Assembly: GCA_001938485.1 (NCBI GenBank) | Contig: MQRK01217006.1 | Span: 1-49,516, forward strand | DNA length: 49,516 bases | Source: Girardia tigrina | Lineage: Eukaryota | Direction of reading: 5' to 3' | In this document: positions 1 through 12,472 of the stretch, one piece after another | Position numbering within the stretch: position 1 is the first letter of the stretch | Layout: each line of letters begins with the position of its first letter | Program-made: the position numbers and the translations under genes | The notes under the pieces: generated by a model | The model's database searches: none | The model's input: the letters and a program-made list of their open reading frames with translations, nothing else | What the model was told of the DNA's origin: nothing

Positions 1-515
1 TAAATTTTCGAAATACATTTTCAGGGTTTTAAAAATTAAATCGAAAAGAATTTAATAGATTAATTTGGGTCGAGATAATTAAATTAAATTAACAGGAAAA
101 TTTGTTTTAGAAATGTGAAATGTTATAGCAATAAATTTTTGGTGGTGTTAAATTATGGCTTTAGAATATGATAATAATGAAAGTGAGCTAATAAACTGAG
201 CTAAGAAATTCTCTATCTTTTATAAACATTCTGTTTAATGTCAATTGCGTCAAATAAGTTTCAGAAATTTAGGCTAGGCCTATGTCAAAGCGTTCAAATA
301 TATATAGGCAAAAGCCGCATAATACTGCATCAACTTTATCGGTTAAAAACGTGGAATTAACCAAACGCGACCTACAATTCCTAAAATCAAAACGTGTGAC
401 ATCATCAATTTCTTAATGTTATTTTTTCGACCAGCATAACCAGTTATAGACTTTATAGTAAAACAACAATCTAAGCATAGCTGCAATGGTAGCATTATAT
501 ATGGATGATGTATAT

Positions 516-551
516 AATTTAATTTAATTTAATTTAATTTAATTTAATTTA
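516..551. repeat. (AATTT)n pentanucleotide microsatellite, probable 3' tail of the minus-strand non-LTR element
   Basis: About 7 tandem AATTT units directly beyond the element's 3' UTR. Confidence 0.75.
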
Positions 552-713
552 AATACACGTCTTAGGTGCAATTAAAATTAAATGCAAGCGCGTTTCCGAT
601 CGAGATCGGAAAAGGCTCCATATTCCAGCGGTTTTAAATCTGCCTTTGTCGCGCTGACGGCAAAGAGTTGAGCCCTCCAAGAGAGTCAACTAGGTGCTGT
701 TGCCTGCCTGATG

Positions 714-2272
714 TTAAGCAGTGCCATCTCTTTGAATTTCTTCTTCAGAGATATATAATAGGTGTTGGTTGTAGTGTTTCGCGCATAGTTCGATGTTTCG
801 CCTACCTACTCTGGTAGCATATGCAGCGATGTCGTCGTCATTCCATCCAATGTCGGCGAGGAGGAAATTGTTGGTGTAGTGCCATCGGTCAAGGCTGCCT
901 ACGACGAAAGGGTAGATGGCTACTTCTTTTTTGCCTTTGGATTGTATGAGGTCAAGCTGGGCGTCAAGGTAAGTTTCACAAGCGCGATCGAAGGCGTAGT
1001 TGAAGGTGTCTTCTGCGTCCCAGGGGCTTTTGACTTCGATGATCCAAGCGTCACGACCAAAATCAACATAGATGTCAAAAATGAAAAGCTTTCCGTTAGG
1101 CATGGTGTGTCTGTGTTCGGTCTCTACAGTAGCGCTATTGCCGANNNNNNNNNNNNNNNNNNNNNNNNNNNNNNNNNNNNNNNNNNNNNNNNNNCATTCT
1201 TGATTTTGTCGTGTTTCATGGTGGTGAAAGGAAAGGAGTAGTTGCAACCGTTAATGATATGCATTGGAGTTTCGAAGAATTTTCCACATTTACGGCATAG
1301 GTTGCAAATTTCACTAACGTAAAGATGATTTAGGAAATTGCAAGAGAGAAGGCCAAGTCTGGCGCGGTGGATGAAAAACCATCCTTCGAAGTTAATCCAT
1401 CCTCTCATGATGGATTTGTTGAGATTTTCGTTGATTGTACAAACATCGAAGGTGTTGGTCAGTCTCTTGTCTTGAAGGAGAAGATGTTTATGTGCTTTGT
1501 TGATATAGTTGAAGAGGATAGAAGAGATAGCAGCTTCGTTGGAGGTGTTGATAAAACCGGTTTGGTTAAGAAAGTTGATAGAGATGTTGGTTCTGTTAGA
1601 GTGTGGTATCCACTCAAGTTTGATGTCGACACCCAATTCTTTGGCGAGTAACCTTCTTGCCATAGTGAACTTGGACCATTGACAATGGGAGTCTTTCTGA
1701 GGTTTGGCGTTGATGTTGTTCAAGTCAAGATAGATATTAGGAATATCGGAAGGAAGTTGGTCGTATTGATAGAAAGAGGTCAGATTATTGAAAGCGGCTT
1801 CTTTTAATCTAGGGTCTTTGGAATTTGCAAGACGGAAGATGTAGATGATTGATTGAATGGCATATTCGTCGACCATTCGTCGGAAGCCAGCGCCACCTTC
1901 AGAGGTCGTGGTGTAGAAGAAGTGATCGCATGTGGTTTCTGGTAATCGCATGAAGTTACGAACTTCAGCACGAATTTTGATATCAAGAGCAGGTGCTTGT
2001 GGTTTGTTATTGGAGAAGTTATTGATAGCGATTTTGTTAGATCTCAAGTGAAAGGGGATTTTAGAGTGAAGAAAGAGCTTNNNNNNNNNNNNNNNNNNNN
2101 NNNGGTAAAGATCAGATCTCTCGATTTTGCGAAGGCAATCGAGGAGGTCATCGAATTTAGAGCGAGGGTTGAGATATTGGTGATGATCGACGGGAGCTCC
2201 AAGGAATTTGATAGGTTTATCGTTAGTGACAAAAGGTATTGGAGTTTCCTTGATGAAGAAAGGTGAAGTGCG
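714..2272 (-). pseudogene. C-terminal part of RT / CCHC / RLE polyprotein
   Basis: ORFs 714-1247 and 1124-2047 join across an N-gap; the frame change falls at the gap. The upstream RT segment was read manually. Confidence 0.85.
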
Positions 2273-3639
2273 ATTAATGTGGATGGCAGGTTCTCCAAAT
2301 GCTCACTTTCAAAATTTGACTTCCCCCACCTATTGATCCCCTCTCTATTTCTCTCCATAATATCCAAAATTGAATTCCCTTTAAGTAATAATTTACCTAT
2401 AAATGTCGGTTTATTAAACTCCATAGATAAAGATTAGTGACTTAAAAATCTCTTCCTCTCAATTAAATCACTTCTTATTAATTTCTGAACATATCCCACC
2501 CAGCAACAAATGTATTGATTTTCTCAAAATAGTATGTCATCCAGACCAATTTGATAAATTATCACCACAATTTAATATAGAAAACAATACAACCCTTACC
2601 GATAATGTAGATATGGATGATGTTATTTTAAGCCAATATGATGATGAAACCCCCCCCACAGACCCCACCCGCTACAGGGCCAAATAGTAATAATAATATT
2701 AAACATCAATCATTCAGCTACCCCAGTGATGATCCTCATCGATCCCAATTGCTCAATAACACTATAAATATACCCAACACCATTCATTCCTCGGGTAACC
2801 CTAGTGTTCCTAATAACTCACCTGCCATTAATGTTTCTCCAGTTTAAGCCAGCAATGCACTAGATAATACATTAGCACCTATCCCATTTGTTCCTAGTAG
2901 CTCCCCTACCACCTATAAAACATTAGCTTGTTCATCCCCCATACCACTATCCTCATAGAAGAAGAACCTCCAATAATTCCTTTTCTGGAATTAATGCCCC
3001 CCCCTTCNNNNNNNNNNNNNNNNNNNNNNNNNNNNNNNNNNNNNNNNNNNNNNNNNNTTGCCCCCCATTTTGTTCCACCCCTAGAATTCAAACCCCTGCT
3101 CCATTTCCCCAAGTCCCAATTTCCCAAGAAGATCTATTTCCCACCTATAATTCCACCCAAGATCCCATTGAAACACCCTTTTCCCCATCAGAACCCCCCC
3201 CCTGGCAACCCATAGCTCAATAGATGAAAACACCTCCCAGAACACTCAAGATCTAAGTGGTATTAACTTGTCCATCACAGAAACGCAAGTTAATAATATC
3301 ATTGAATGCATTATAGGCAAGCTTCCGATTTCTAAATATAGCTCCCAGTTAATAGAAAAAGTTGTCACTGGCATTAAAAGAAATTCATTTCCTAGTGGGC
3401 CTGAAGATATTCTGAATATCCTCCTTTGTATGTTTTGCAAAACATACTCCGTACCTAAAGATACGACTTATAGGAATAGAAAACTGTCTGTCAATTTGAA
3501 GAAATATGTGGTGGTAGAAGTTATTAAGCAGCTAGAGACTACTTCTCCCTCAGATTGACTAGATAATATTACCCCAATTAATAAGTTAATTGAACTAACC
3601 AACTCCCTACCCGACCTGCCAGCTGAGCTCTTCAACACT

Positions 3640-5200
3640 TCATTAGCTGGCAGTGATATAGATAACTTTTTAAACTACTTTTCCAACAATAGTAGTATCT
3701 GTATAATTGATGATTTGCTATAACATACAAATCACCAATTCTACTATAAAAGAGATAATAATAATTCTATTAAGATCTAACTTAATCCAAAATAAATCAC
3801 GGAATTTGATTAAGTTAACTTTTTAACGAACAAAAAAAATATTAATCAAAAGTAAAAAAAAATCACACGGTAGTAGAATGAACTTTTAATTATTAATAAC
3901 AAATAAAAATAGTACCACTTTTCCAGCAATTCGGTAAATAAGTTCTGATCGGTAATAACTCAAATAATAAATAGTTTCAGTTTGGCAATAAGGCTTAGAG
4001 ATGGATTGACAACAAATGATTTCAACTGGATAATAATTTGACAACAAATAATTTTGGCTGGACGATAACTCGACGACAAATAATTTCGGCTGGATGAAAA
4101 CTCGTTGATAAAATTGGTAGCATAAAATTTTTAATGAATTTGAATTTGTGTTCGATTTATCGATCACAAGTTCAAATTCATATTATTGCCTATGGCAATA
4201 TTGTTGAATTGCTACCAAATTAAAATAATTTAAATTAATGTAAAAAAAAGAAAAATAAAATTACAAAATTAAAAAAGGGAACTAATAAAAAAATAATTTT
4301 AAAAATCTCATTCGAGAAAAAGTCTAATTGGTATTTATCGATTTCTTTCATTATTTACGTCAATGGCCGTTTGAAAGGTCTAAAACGATATATCCAAGTT
4401 TTCCTTCTCAACAAATCTCAAACGAATAATCCCAACTGAACTTTTAAAATTGAAAAAATATCGACTGATTCCTTTAACGAAATATTATGAGATTAGATTT
4501 GTGTCATGTCGTATCGATTGATGTCGAATCCTAACTGCCGAATTGATATCAGTCAACAGTGTCACAGTCGAATGAGTTTTAGTGAGAGAGAAAATCGAAC
4601 ATACAATTTTGTACAATTATTAAAATAAAAAAAACATAATTATTATTGAAACTCTAAAAGTTTTACATTGATCTAACTTTTCCCTAATAAAATTTATGAG
4701 ACCATCCGCGTAAATTTATTATTATTATTGTCTTATAATAATAATGACATCTCTGGTACACACAAAAAACACACACACACAAACAAAAGAACAATTCACC
4801 CTGTAAATTGAGTGTGGGTTATACAGTATCCTATATATCCCTACAGAGGTCGCCTCTGAACTTACCCTCATTGACCTTAATTCCTCAGAAATAGCAATCA
4901 GTAACACAACCCTCGCCCACACATTAAATCATTATCCCCCTTAACATTGAGGAACATCACTGGATTCTGATGGTAATTGATTTTAATCATATGCAATCCT
5001 TCTGGATTGATCCCCTAGGTAGTAAATCCCCTTTTTCTCATACTTCTAAAATTATTTGCAATTTGATATTTAATAAGTTACTTTTTTTGATAAAATGTTT
5101 GGGATGGAAAGTCCAATCCTTTGTATGTTTGACTTTCCACTCTAAATTAACCCTGCAGATTGCGGGCCCCTGATTTGCCACTATATGATGCGGCTTTGTT
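3640..5200 (+). pseudogene. Ulp1/SENP-like (peptidase C48) domain of the NeSL-like element, split by an insertion
   Basis: DIDNFLNYF (~3655-3680); IIPLNIEEHHWILMVIDF...WIDPLG (4931-5020); PL*(Q)INPADCGPLICHYM (5137-5187). This gives His-Asp-Cys plus the Q-x-N-x-x-D-C-G motif, with TAA 5143-5145 read as a mutated CAA. Confidence 0.8.
3721..4840. mobile_element. Unclassified AT-rich insertion interrupting the protease domain
   Basis: Coding-like sequence stops at ~3720 and resumes at ~4843. Degenerate ~33-bp repeats (aatttYggctggaYgaWaactcg) lie at 4020-4105. No clear TSD. Confidence 0.5.
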
Positions 5201-8200
5201 TCCCCACTGTTGCCCCTCGTATATCAGTTTTTCAAATCCGCAAAATCATTTTATCCATCTCACCTAACAAGCATAGTGAATCTATAGGATATGGGGAAGA
5301 GCAAAACGAACATCTCATTTGATTTCTATCCTTTAATCATAACTATGTTGATGTCTATAGTGCTAAGTACATATCAGACTCTACACATTTTGTTTTCCCC
5401 ACAATTTCAACCCGTGCAATCATTGCCAAAAATAAGGAGTATGTTTTACGCCATTTTTGCCTTCAAGATATTGCATCTTGCAAAATCATTTTCTATCCAG
5501 TCTACTTTCGCCAATCTAGATGAACTTAATAGTAACTAATATCAACACTAACACTATATCAGTTTATGACCCAACAGGTTGCCTTGACATGAGTTGCTAT
5601 CTAATTGAAATCAACTCTATCAACCAATTTATCTCCAACATACTCCTCCTACGCGATAAGTTTCTTGTCACCAAGAGTTCCCCAACATTTCAAACATCGA
5701 AAAAATTTGCCGACTAGAACGCCATATATGGGGAACAAAGCGGCTGACAATAAGCTAAAGGGAGCCCAACTGCAACAACTTTTCATGAGGAACCTTAAAG
5801 CAGCTATGAAACATGTTTTATCCGACACGAGCTCGGATACTCATCCTTCCCCTGATTGTTTCACTGAGTTTCACATTAAAAATGCTGCGACTGACCCCCT
5901 TAGTATTGAAATCAAACCCGAGACACCTAATAAAGTGGAAATTTGAATTTCATGTCCCCACTCCTGAAGAGATTATGGCATGCTTAAAATCCAAAGACCC
6001 TTCCTCTCCAGGTAACAATGGTATTACTTATAAAGATATAATTTATTGTGATCCGTCGGGTATTATTACATATAATCTTTTAAAATAATTTTTGATAAGG
6101 GTCTCCCCCCAAATAGCTGGAAAAATTATCTAACGTTAATGATCCCTAAACCAAATAAAGATGGTGAATATCACTTCCCCTCCTCTTGGAGAGGTATTGC
6201 CCTACAAGAATGTATTTACAAATTATTAACTACTCTCTTGTGTAAAGTAATTGGGTGGATCCGGCAACACCACCTTCTTCACCCCCTCCAAAAGAGCTTA
6301 GGACCCAATGATGGTTGTGCTGACCACACTTTTTTACTTCGCTCAATTATTGATTATTATCAGAGGTATCTTAAAAAACAACTTAAAATCTCTTTTATGG
6401 ATATGGCTGCTGCGTTTGACACAATCTCAGTTAGCTATATATTTGAATTAATGAATAAAATGAACGCTGAACAAAAATCAACTGACTTAATTAAAGAATT
6501 CTATAATAATTGCACTACAACTATTGTGTGTGCACAAGAATCCACCAAACCTTTAGCTGTTAACATAGGAGTTTGGCAAGGTTGCCCCCTTTCGATGCTC
6601 TTATTTAATATAGGAATTAATCCAATTTTAATTGAAATAGATTTATTTAGATGTGGTGGAATTCTTTTAGGTAGTCGCAAAATTTCATGTATGGCCTATG
6701 CTGATGACTTGGTCTTCCTGGCTACCAATAAAAATGAGCTTCAGGATGTCATTGAAGCCGCGTCTTCTGCTGTCAAAAACCTTCAAATGTCGTTTCGTGC
6801 ATCCAAATGTGCAGTGCTGGATGTCCCCTTTGTCAAGAAAGACAATTATATCATTGGTGGTGTGAATATTCCCAATCTTACCACTAAGGAAGGATACCTA
6901 TATTTGGATTGTTTTGTAACCCGTCTCATTACCTACACCCCCCAACAGCTTTTTGATGAGGTAACTCGTGAAGTTGAGCTTATTTACTCCTCTTCCCTAT
7001 CCGCCAACCAAAAACTCCATACCTATAAGTTTTTCGAGCACTCCAAATTCATTTTTTATTTTCGCAACACCTTCATCCCATTTTATATTTTTGAAATGGC
7101 AAGCTGTGCTTGGGACATCCAACTGCGCTTGTTTCACAAAAAGATCCTTGGCCTTCAGGATAATGCCTCCACTTCCTATCTTTATTGTCCCAAAGCATTC
7201 GGTGGAGTTGGTATCACCTCCCTTAAAGATGAGTAGTATGTCCAGTCCATCACTCATTCTTTCTACTCCACTGACCCCAATATTATTGCTGTCAATGATG
7301 TCACCCTCCGTAGACTGTTAGGAGACATGAACATAACGCACTCCCAGGTTTTTGACTGGCTAAATGATGGCTTCCGAGCACATGCTAACACTTCTTCGTG
7401 GAACAAAACTCAGCCCGCTATACATGATCTTAAGGAATTTCATAAAATAATTGTCAACTTTAAATATTCTAACCCGGATGTAATTTTAACTATTAAACAA
7501 CATATTCAAAATGAAGGACATAATTTTATTACAGACGAAATTTTTAGAATCAAAGATAAGGATAAAATATCAGAAACACTTAGGGAATATATTGGATACT
7601 CGTGGGTTATAAAATGGGACGAACAGAGTAGTGCTGGTCGATACTCTGAATGCCTTTCTAAATCTCCCCTCTCCACTTCCCCTATCTATAATGGTCCCCT
7701 TGGGCACAGCGAATGGAGATTCATCCACCAAGCTCGGTCGTACACTGTTCCTGTGCGCTGCAGACCTGGAGCTCTGACCAGTATCTTGTGTAGACGTGGT
7801 TGTCCTGCTGAAGAAAACTTGGCTCATATACTGGTGGGCTGTTACTCCATGAGTAGTTTCTAGATTGCCCGACACAGTTCAATTCAGCACATCATTGCCA
7901 AAGAACTATCCACTTTCACGGACGCAGAAGTCTATGTCAAGGAAGATTGTGTCTTCATTCGATCTGCCCAGAGAGTAGACCTTCAAGTTTGTTTCCGGGA
8001 AAAGCGTAAAATATTCTTAATAGATATTAAATGCCCATATGAGACTGAAAGAAATATAAATAATGCTGATAAGAGAAAAATAAATAAATACTGGGACTTA
8101 AAAACAAATTCAACAAGCATATGGGAACTCGTGGAAAGTTGAACTTGACACCTTCATTGTTGGGCCACTAGGATCATGGTTACCCGACAATGAACTTATT

Positions 8201-9385
8201 CTTAATGATTTACTTCTAGGAAAAAGGAAAATAGCGATCGTTCGCGCCTGTGTTCTATCCAACATCATTCTATTCAGCCCTTCAGTGGAGAGACTTTCAG
8301 GATCCGCGTGCCAACCTACAAGAAATCCAATGCCCGATTCCTGCTCACAATCCGGCTGACTGACGATGGGATACTGGACACTGAAGGAGACATCTTTGAG
8401 CATGATGAGCCGTTAGATGTCCCCCCTCAGGATAATTTGTAGTGTAGGATTGGTTGAGATTTTGTGAGAGAGGGTTCAACCTTAGTGGTGAGAGCATGTA
8501 TGTCTGACCTTTTTTTTATCGACTCAATATAAAAGCCAATGCACTGTTGTCTTAGCAGTTTTTCATTTTTTTCTGCCAACAATGTATTGTGTTAGCTGAT
8601 ATATGGTATAACTCTATTTAGAGTATAGGATTAGTGATTGTATGATGAAAATTACTTATTAAAAATATTTTTATTTATAAATAAATATATAATATTTTTG
8701 TTTTCTTGATTTTTTTAATTTTAAGATATTTAATAGATACATTAAAAGATATTTTTTATTTTTAAATAAATATTTTAGTTTTTATGATTTTCTTTTATCA
8801 TATCATTTTTAATTTTTTAAAATATTTAAAAACACATTAAAAAATATTTTATTTTTTAAAAACGTTTTTGATTTTTTAATAGTTGTTTTACTATATCATT
8901 TTTAATTTTAAAATATTGAATAAGCATATTAACATAAAAATATTTTACCTTTTAAATTAAAAAAATAATAAACTATTCAGGTGAGATAAAAATTTAAATT
9001 AACCCCTCATAATTTATATTACCGATAATAAACTCTTTAGTTTTTTACGTTAAAGGAGTTCATTGAAACACGTTTTCAGTTAGCTCCTTTACATCTATCA
9101 CTCGTCACACGCCTCGAACCAGTAATCAAGCATTCATTTTTCTCACTCATTTTTATTCCCAAATTCTACTCAAGACATATTTACAACTTATACGACTAAT
9201 TTTTACATTATGTACACGTACTCTTTTCCCCCTCACATCTCGACCCTTCTCTCAACTACCTCGCCTCTCTCGTCTGCCTCGTGTCTACCTTCTCTCATCT
9301 CCATTTCCTCACAACTAATGTCAATACAGGAGTTCTCCATTCTCGGGAGACTTTTCCGTTTCACCACTTCGCAACGTAATACATT

Positions 9386-12300
9386 TGTTGTGCTCCCCTT
9401 CAAAACAACACTTTCAAAAGCTGAGAGCCCCATCCGCTTTAAGAGTTCAACGGCAACTCTGTTATAAACTCAATCAACTTCAATTCAATCTTTGGGAGCC
9501 AACACGCCTCCTTTGCTCACATCAACAAGTTGTGTGTACATCGGAGCGCCTACGGGTTCTTGACCAGTATCGAGGATGACCCGACTGGTTACTCAACTTT
9601 TTGAGGGGTTGATATTAGTTCGAATTAAGATTTATATTTCAAATTGCATTGATGACGAAAGGCAAAGCTAATTACAAGGAAACAGACGTCGAACTGCCCG
9701 CGTGCCCCTTACATGCTACGAGCACCATACGTCGTTGCCGAAGGTCCTTTGTCTCAAATTATATTTCAGATTTACATATTTATATATATCTTTATGCAAT
9801 ATATTTGATATTCGTGCTCAGTCACATACATGATTAGTTATGTTAGATTCGATGATACTTGCTTATTTAGTGATACTTGTTGAGTAGCAGCGAGAATTTT
9901 ACAATTCAACAATTTATTTATTCTTGAAGTTATTGTTCAAGAAAATCTTAAATGACGCTCAATACTTCGAACGCCTCAATTATTTGTGATCATGATTGTC
10001 TAAAATGCTTATAACTTTATTCATATAAATGTTCAAAATTTAACGATATTTTATCTAATTACGCGCCGATAAGAAAATGATTGTGTTGAAACATAAATTA
10101 ATTCTAATGTGACATTACTCGACATTGTATTAAGCTTACTCAAATATTCGTGTCATTAGTCGACAAAGCAAAACAACCAGCAACAAAATTTTATTTTAAT
10201 CAGCGCACTTTCAATAACTCATGAGGAATTAAGTTAATCGTATGAAGCTCGTCTATATCAATAACTCTCACTCGTGATTCTCTACATTTCCTCATTTCAA
10301 CTCTCAATCAAATAGTACTTTTAAATTCATAGACACTTCGCGCAAGGATAGATCGCTCATATCTCGTTTCTGCAATCACTCTTGGTAGTCATAAAGAGGA
10401 CCGATGCTCGTTCGATAGTGACTTTTTATAACATCTCACACTCCTCTTGTACTCATTATGATAATAACTCTCATTGCACAGTTTTATCTCATCTTTATTG
10501 AGTTTGACCATTTATTCGAATACCATTTATTCCAAGATACTTGACTTGGTTTGGTTCAGTCATTTATTTGTATATCATTTAATTAAAATCATTTAAGCAC
10601 TTTTAAAATACAATTTGATAACAACAAGGCAATCCAAGAATTAAATGAAAATTATAAAAGATGAGAATTAATTATTACCGTTTAATAAAAGAAAATCATT
10701 AAGACTTTAGTTCTTTACAAATTATACATTAAATGAGAATTTAATAAAAATTAATTAAACTCGTTAAATCCAAGTTGTTAATGAAAATAAACTTTAATTT
10801 CGAATTACTGTAATGACATTATCAAATATTAACAAAATTAGTAAACCAGTGATAAAATTGGTAATTATGATATATACAATAATAAGGTTATAATCGAATT
10901 AATTTTCCAACAATTCTAACTTCTTCCATAAATCTGTTATATACACTATCTATAAGACCTGCATACGACTCAATTACACTTCGAAGTCCAAGGACCACTC
11001 CTCCTGATCCCTTGGACACAGAAGTGAACTGTATTCGCATTTTTTCCACCTGGACCTCTAACCTCTTTGCCAATGGCGGCCTGATTAAATTTAGACACTG
11101 CGATTTCCGAACTCAAAATACAGATAAGGTTATCACCATGGCGAATTATTGGTAATATGATATTCAAAATTAACCAGATTAAATCAATAAATTAAAGAAA
11201 AAATTAAATTAAAATTTTATTAGGAATAACTCAAATTATATTGTTAAATCGAACATAAAATTAAAACAAAATTCCGAAATCAAAATCAGCAACACAATTA
11301 AACCAAGAATAATGGTAAATTAGAACTTTAAAGCCGATATTAATAAATAAAACATTAATAAAACGAAATTAAATCGGAGTAAAGAATCAAGAAAACAAAA
11401 TAATTGAATTGAGAATCAGGAGTAAAATACCTCTTAGTTTTGATGCTGTATCGTCACTCAAACACAATCGAAATTCGACTGCAATCGTATAGAGTTCAAA
11501 ATTATTAAAAGCGTTCTCGTCACAATGGTATGAATTCGTGCCGAAATATCGTATCGCAAAATATTAAAATGTTGTGTCAGAATTTTCGAAAGTGCGAAAG
11601 TGTGCGAACCGGTTCGGGTATTTATACCCTACCGGATACACGCAAACTTCGATGGTTCGGCATCCTGTATGCCGATTACTGCAAGGCAGGATGTTGCGAC
11701 GAAAATCTGACTGTCATCTCGACAGTTGTTTATCTGTCGTTCAATGGCAGATTGTAGGGAGGGGTTTTTTACCTCTCTGTTCTGTTTACTTCGCCATCCG
11801 CGATTCGTTGCTAAACTCTAACCGGCTGATGGTTTTCGACAGAATGGGAGAGATGAAAGATCATTGCGCGTCCGGCTGACCGATTAGGTAGATTTCGTTT
11901 TTTTTCACATTGAACAAGCATCGTTGTTTATTCAGGATGTTCATGAACAGATGTTTGTTTATCGGGGTGCAATATCGGGTTATCGCAAACTGCTGTCTTC
12001 CATCCTAGACGGTGTTATGATTCATGGTTTGTTAATTAATTTGCTCTTAATTAGTCTACCTTTATTTCAATTTTTTGGCTTTTTCCAAAGGTCTACTAAG
12101 GGTTCTGCCAAACGTTTTTTTGTGTCTATTCGAAGTTAGGGCTGGCCTATTATGGAGGAACTAAACCTGACCCGTTTTTCCGGCCTCTCTCGCTTTCAGG
12201 TGGGTTTCGACGGACTTTTCGAAAAACTTTTTCATTTATTTATTTCACTTCTAGCTTATGGCCAGTTCGACAATTATCGCAAAGGGTAGAGGCTTCCCAG

Positions 12301-12446
12301 TCTCATCCATCACTTCACATGCTCTGGGACCTATTTACACCCACTTGTTATAGTCGAGCCAGACTATAGCCAACTCAATCTTCTCTCAAAGGTTCCTGGC
12401 GTGGGATGGTGGCGTTATTGGGGAGCTCAGGATCTTCACCGTAACA
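9386..12446 (-). mobile_element. Giant LTR-like unit A (~3.06 kb)
   Basis: Termini TGTTGTG...CGTAACA. Colinear blocks shared with 13409-16209 and 30659-33070. Minus-strand TATAAATA at 11619-11626. Confidence 0.75.
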
Positions 12447-12472
12447 TTATGGAACTCTATCAGGGTCTCTAT

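Larger units (their letters stand above)
516..2272 (-). mobile_element. 5'-truncated RLE-type (R2/NeSL-group) non-LTR retrotransposon
   Basis: Minus-strand reading gives an RT C-terminus (KPIKFLGAPV, read from ~2100-2260), a thumb/linker (ORF 1124-2047), a CCHC knuckle (CRKCGKFFETPMHIINGC), KHD, and a restriction-like endonuclease (FDIYVD...IIEVKSPWD...PFVVGSLDRW). A hairpin-rich 3' UTR and an (AAATT)n tract at 516-551 follow. Confidence 0.88.
2280..8640 (+). mobile_element. Decayed near-full-length NeSL-like non-LTR retrotransposon (Ulp1-like protease, RT, CCHC, RLE)
   Basis: RT motifs: SPGNNGI, IPKP, WRGIAL, DMAAAFD, GVWQGCPLS, AYADDL, YLYL. CCHC: CRRGCPAEENLAHILVGC. RLE: ARH, RVDL...LIDIKCPYE, FIVGPLGSW. 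Multiple stops and frameshifts; boundaries approximate. Confidence 0.9.

Noticed and set aside
1124-1247. Programmed frameshift between the CCHC and RLE ORFs
   Set aside because: The frame change coincides with an N-run of uncertain true length.
9548-9559. Plus-strand cUUCGg/cUACGg tetraloop suggesting the RNA domain works on the plus strand of A, B and D
   Set aside because: TATA orientation, G-U asymmetry of most stems, and the PBS/AATAAA in unit C favour the opposite strand. Not fully excluded, because unit D shows some plus-strand G-U pairs.
9385-9837. Short plus-strand ORFs recurring in units A, B and D (TRLLCSHQQVV..., ...CPYA...) as a small-protein family
   Set aside because: Frames shift and stops differ between copies while base-pairing is retained; the similarity is better explained by RNA structure on the opposite strand.
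10888-11073. 61-aa minus-strand ORF overlapping the long hairpin
   Set aside because: The unit B counterpart has many non-synonymous changes and an earlier stop; the changes are compensatory for pairing.
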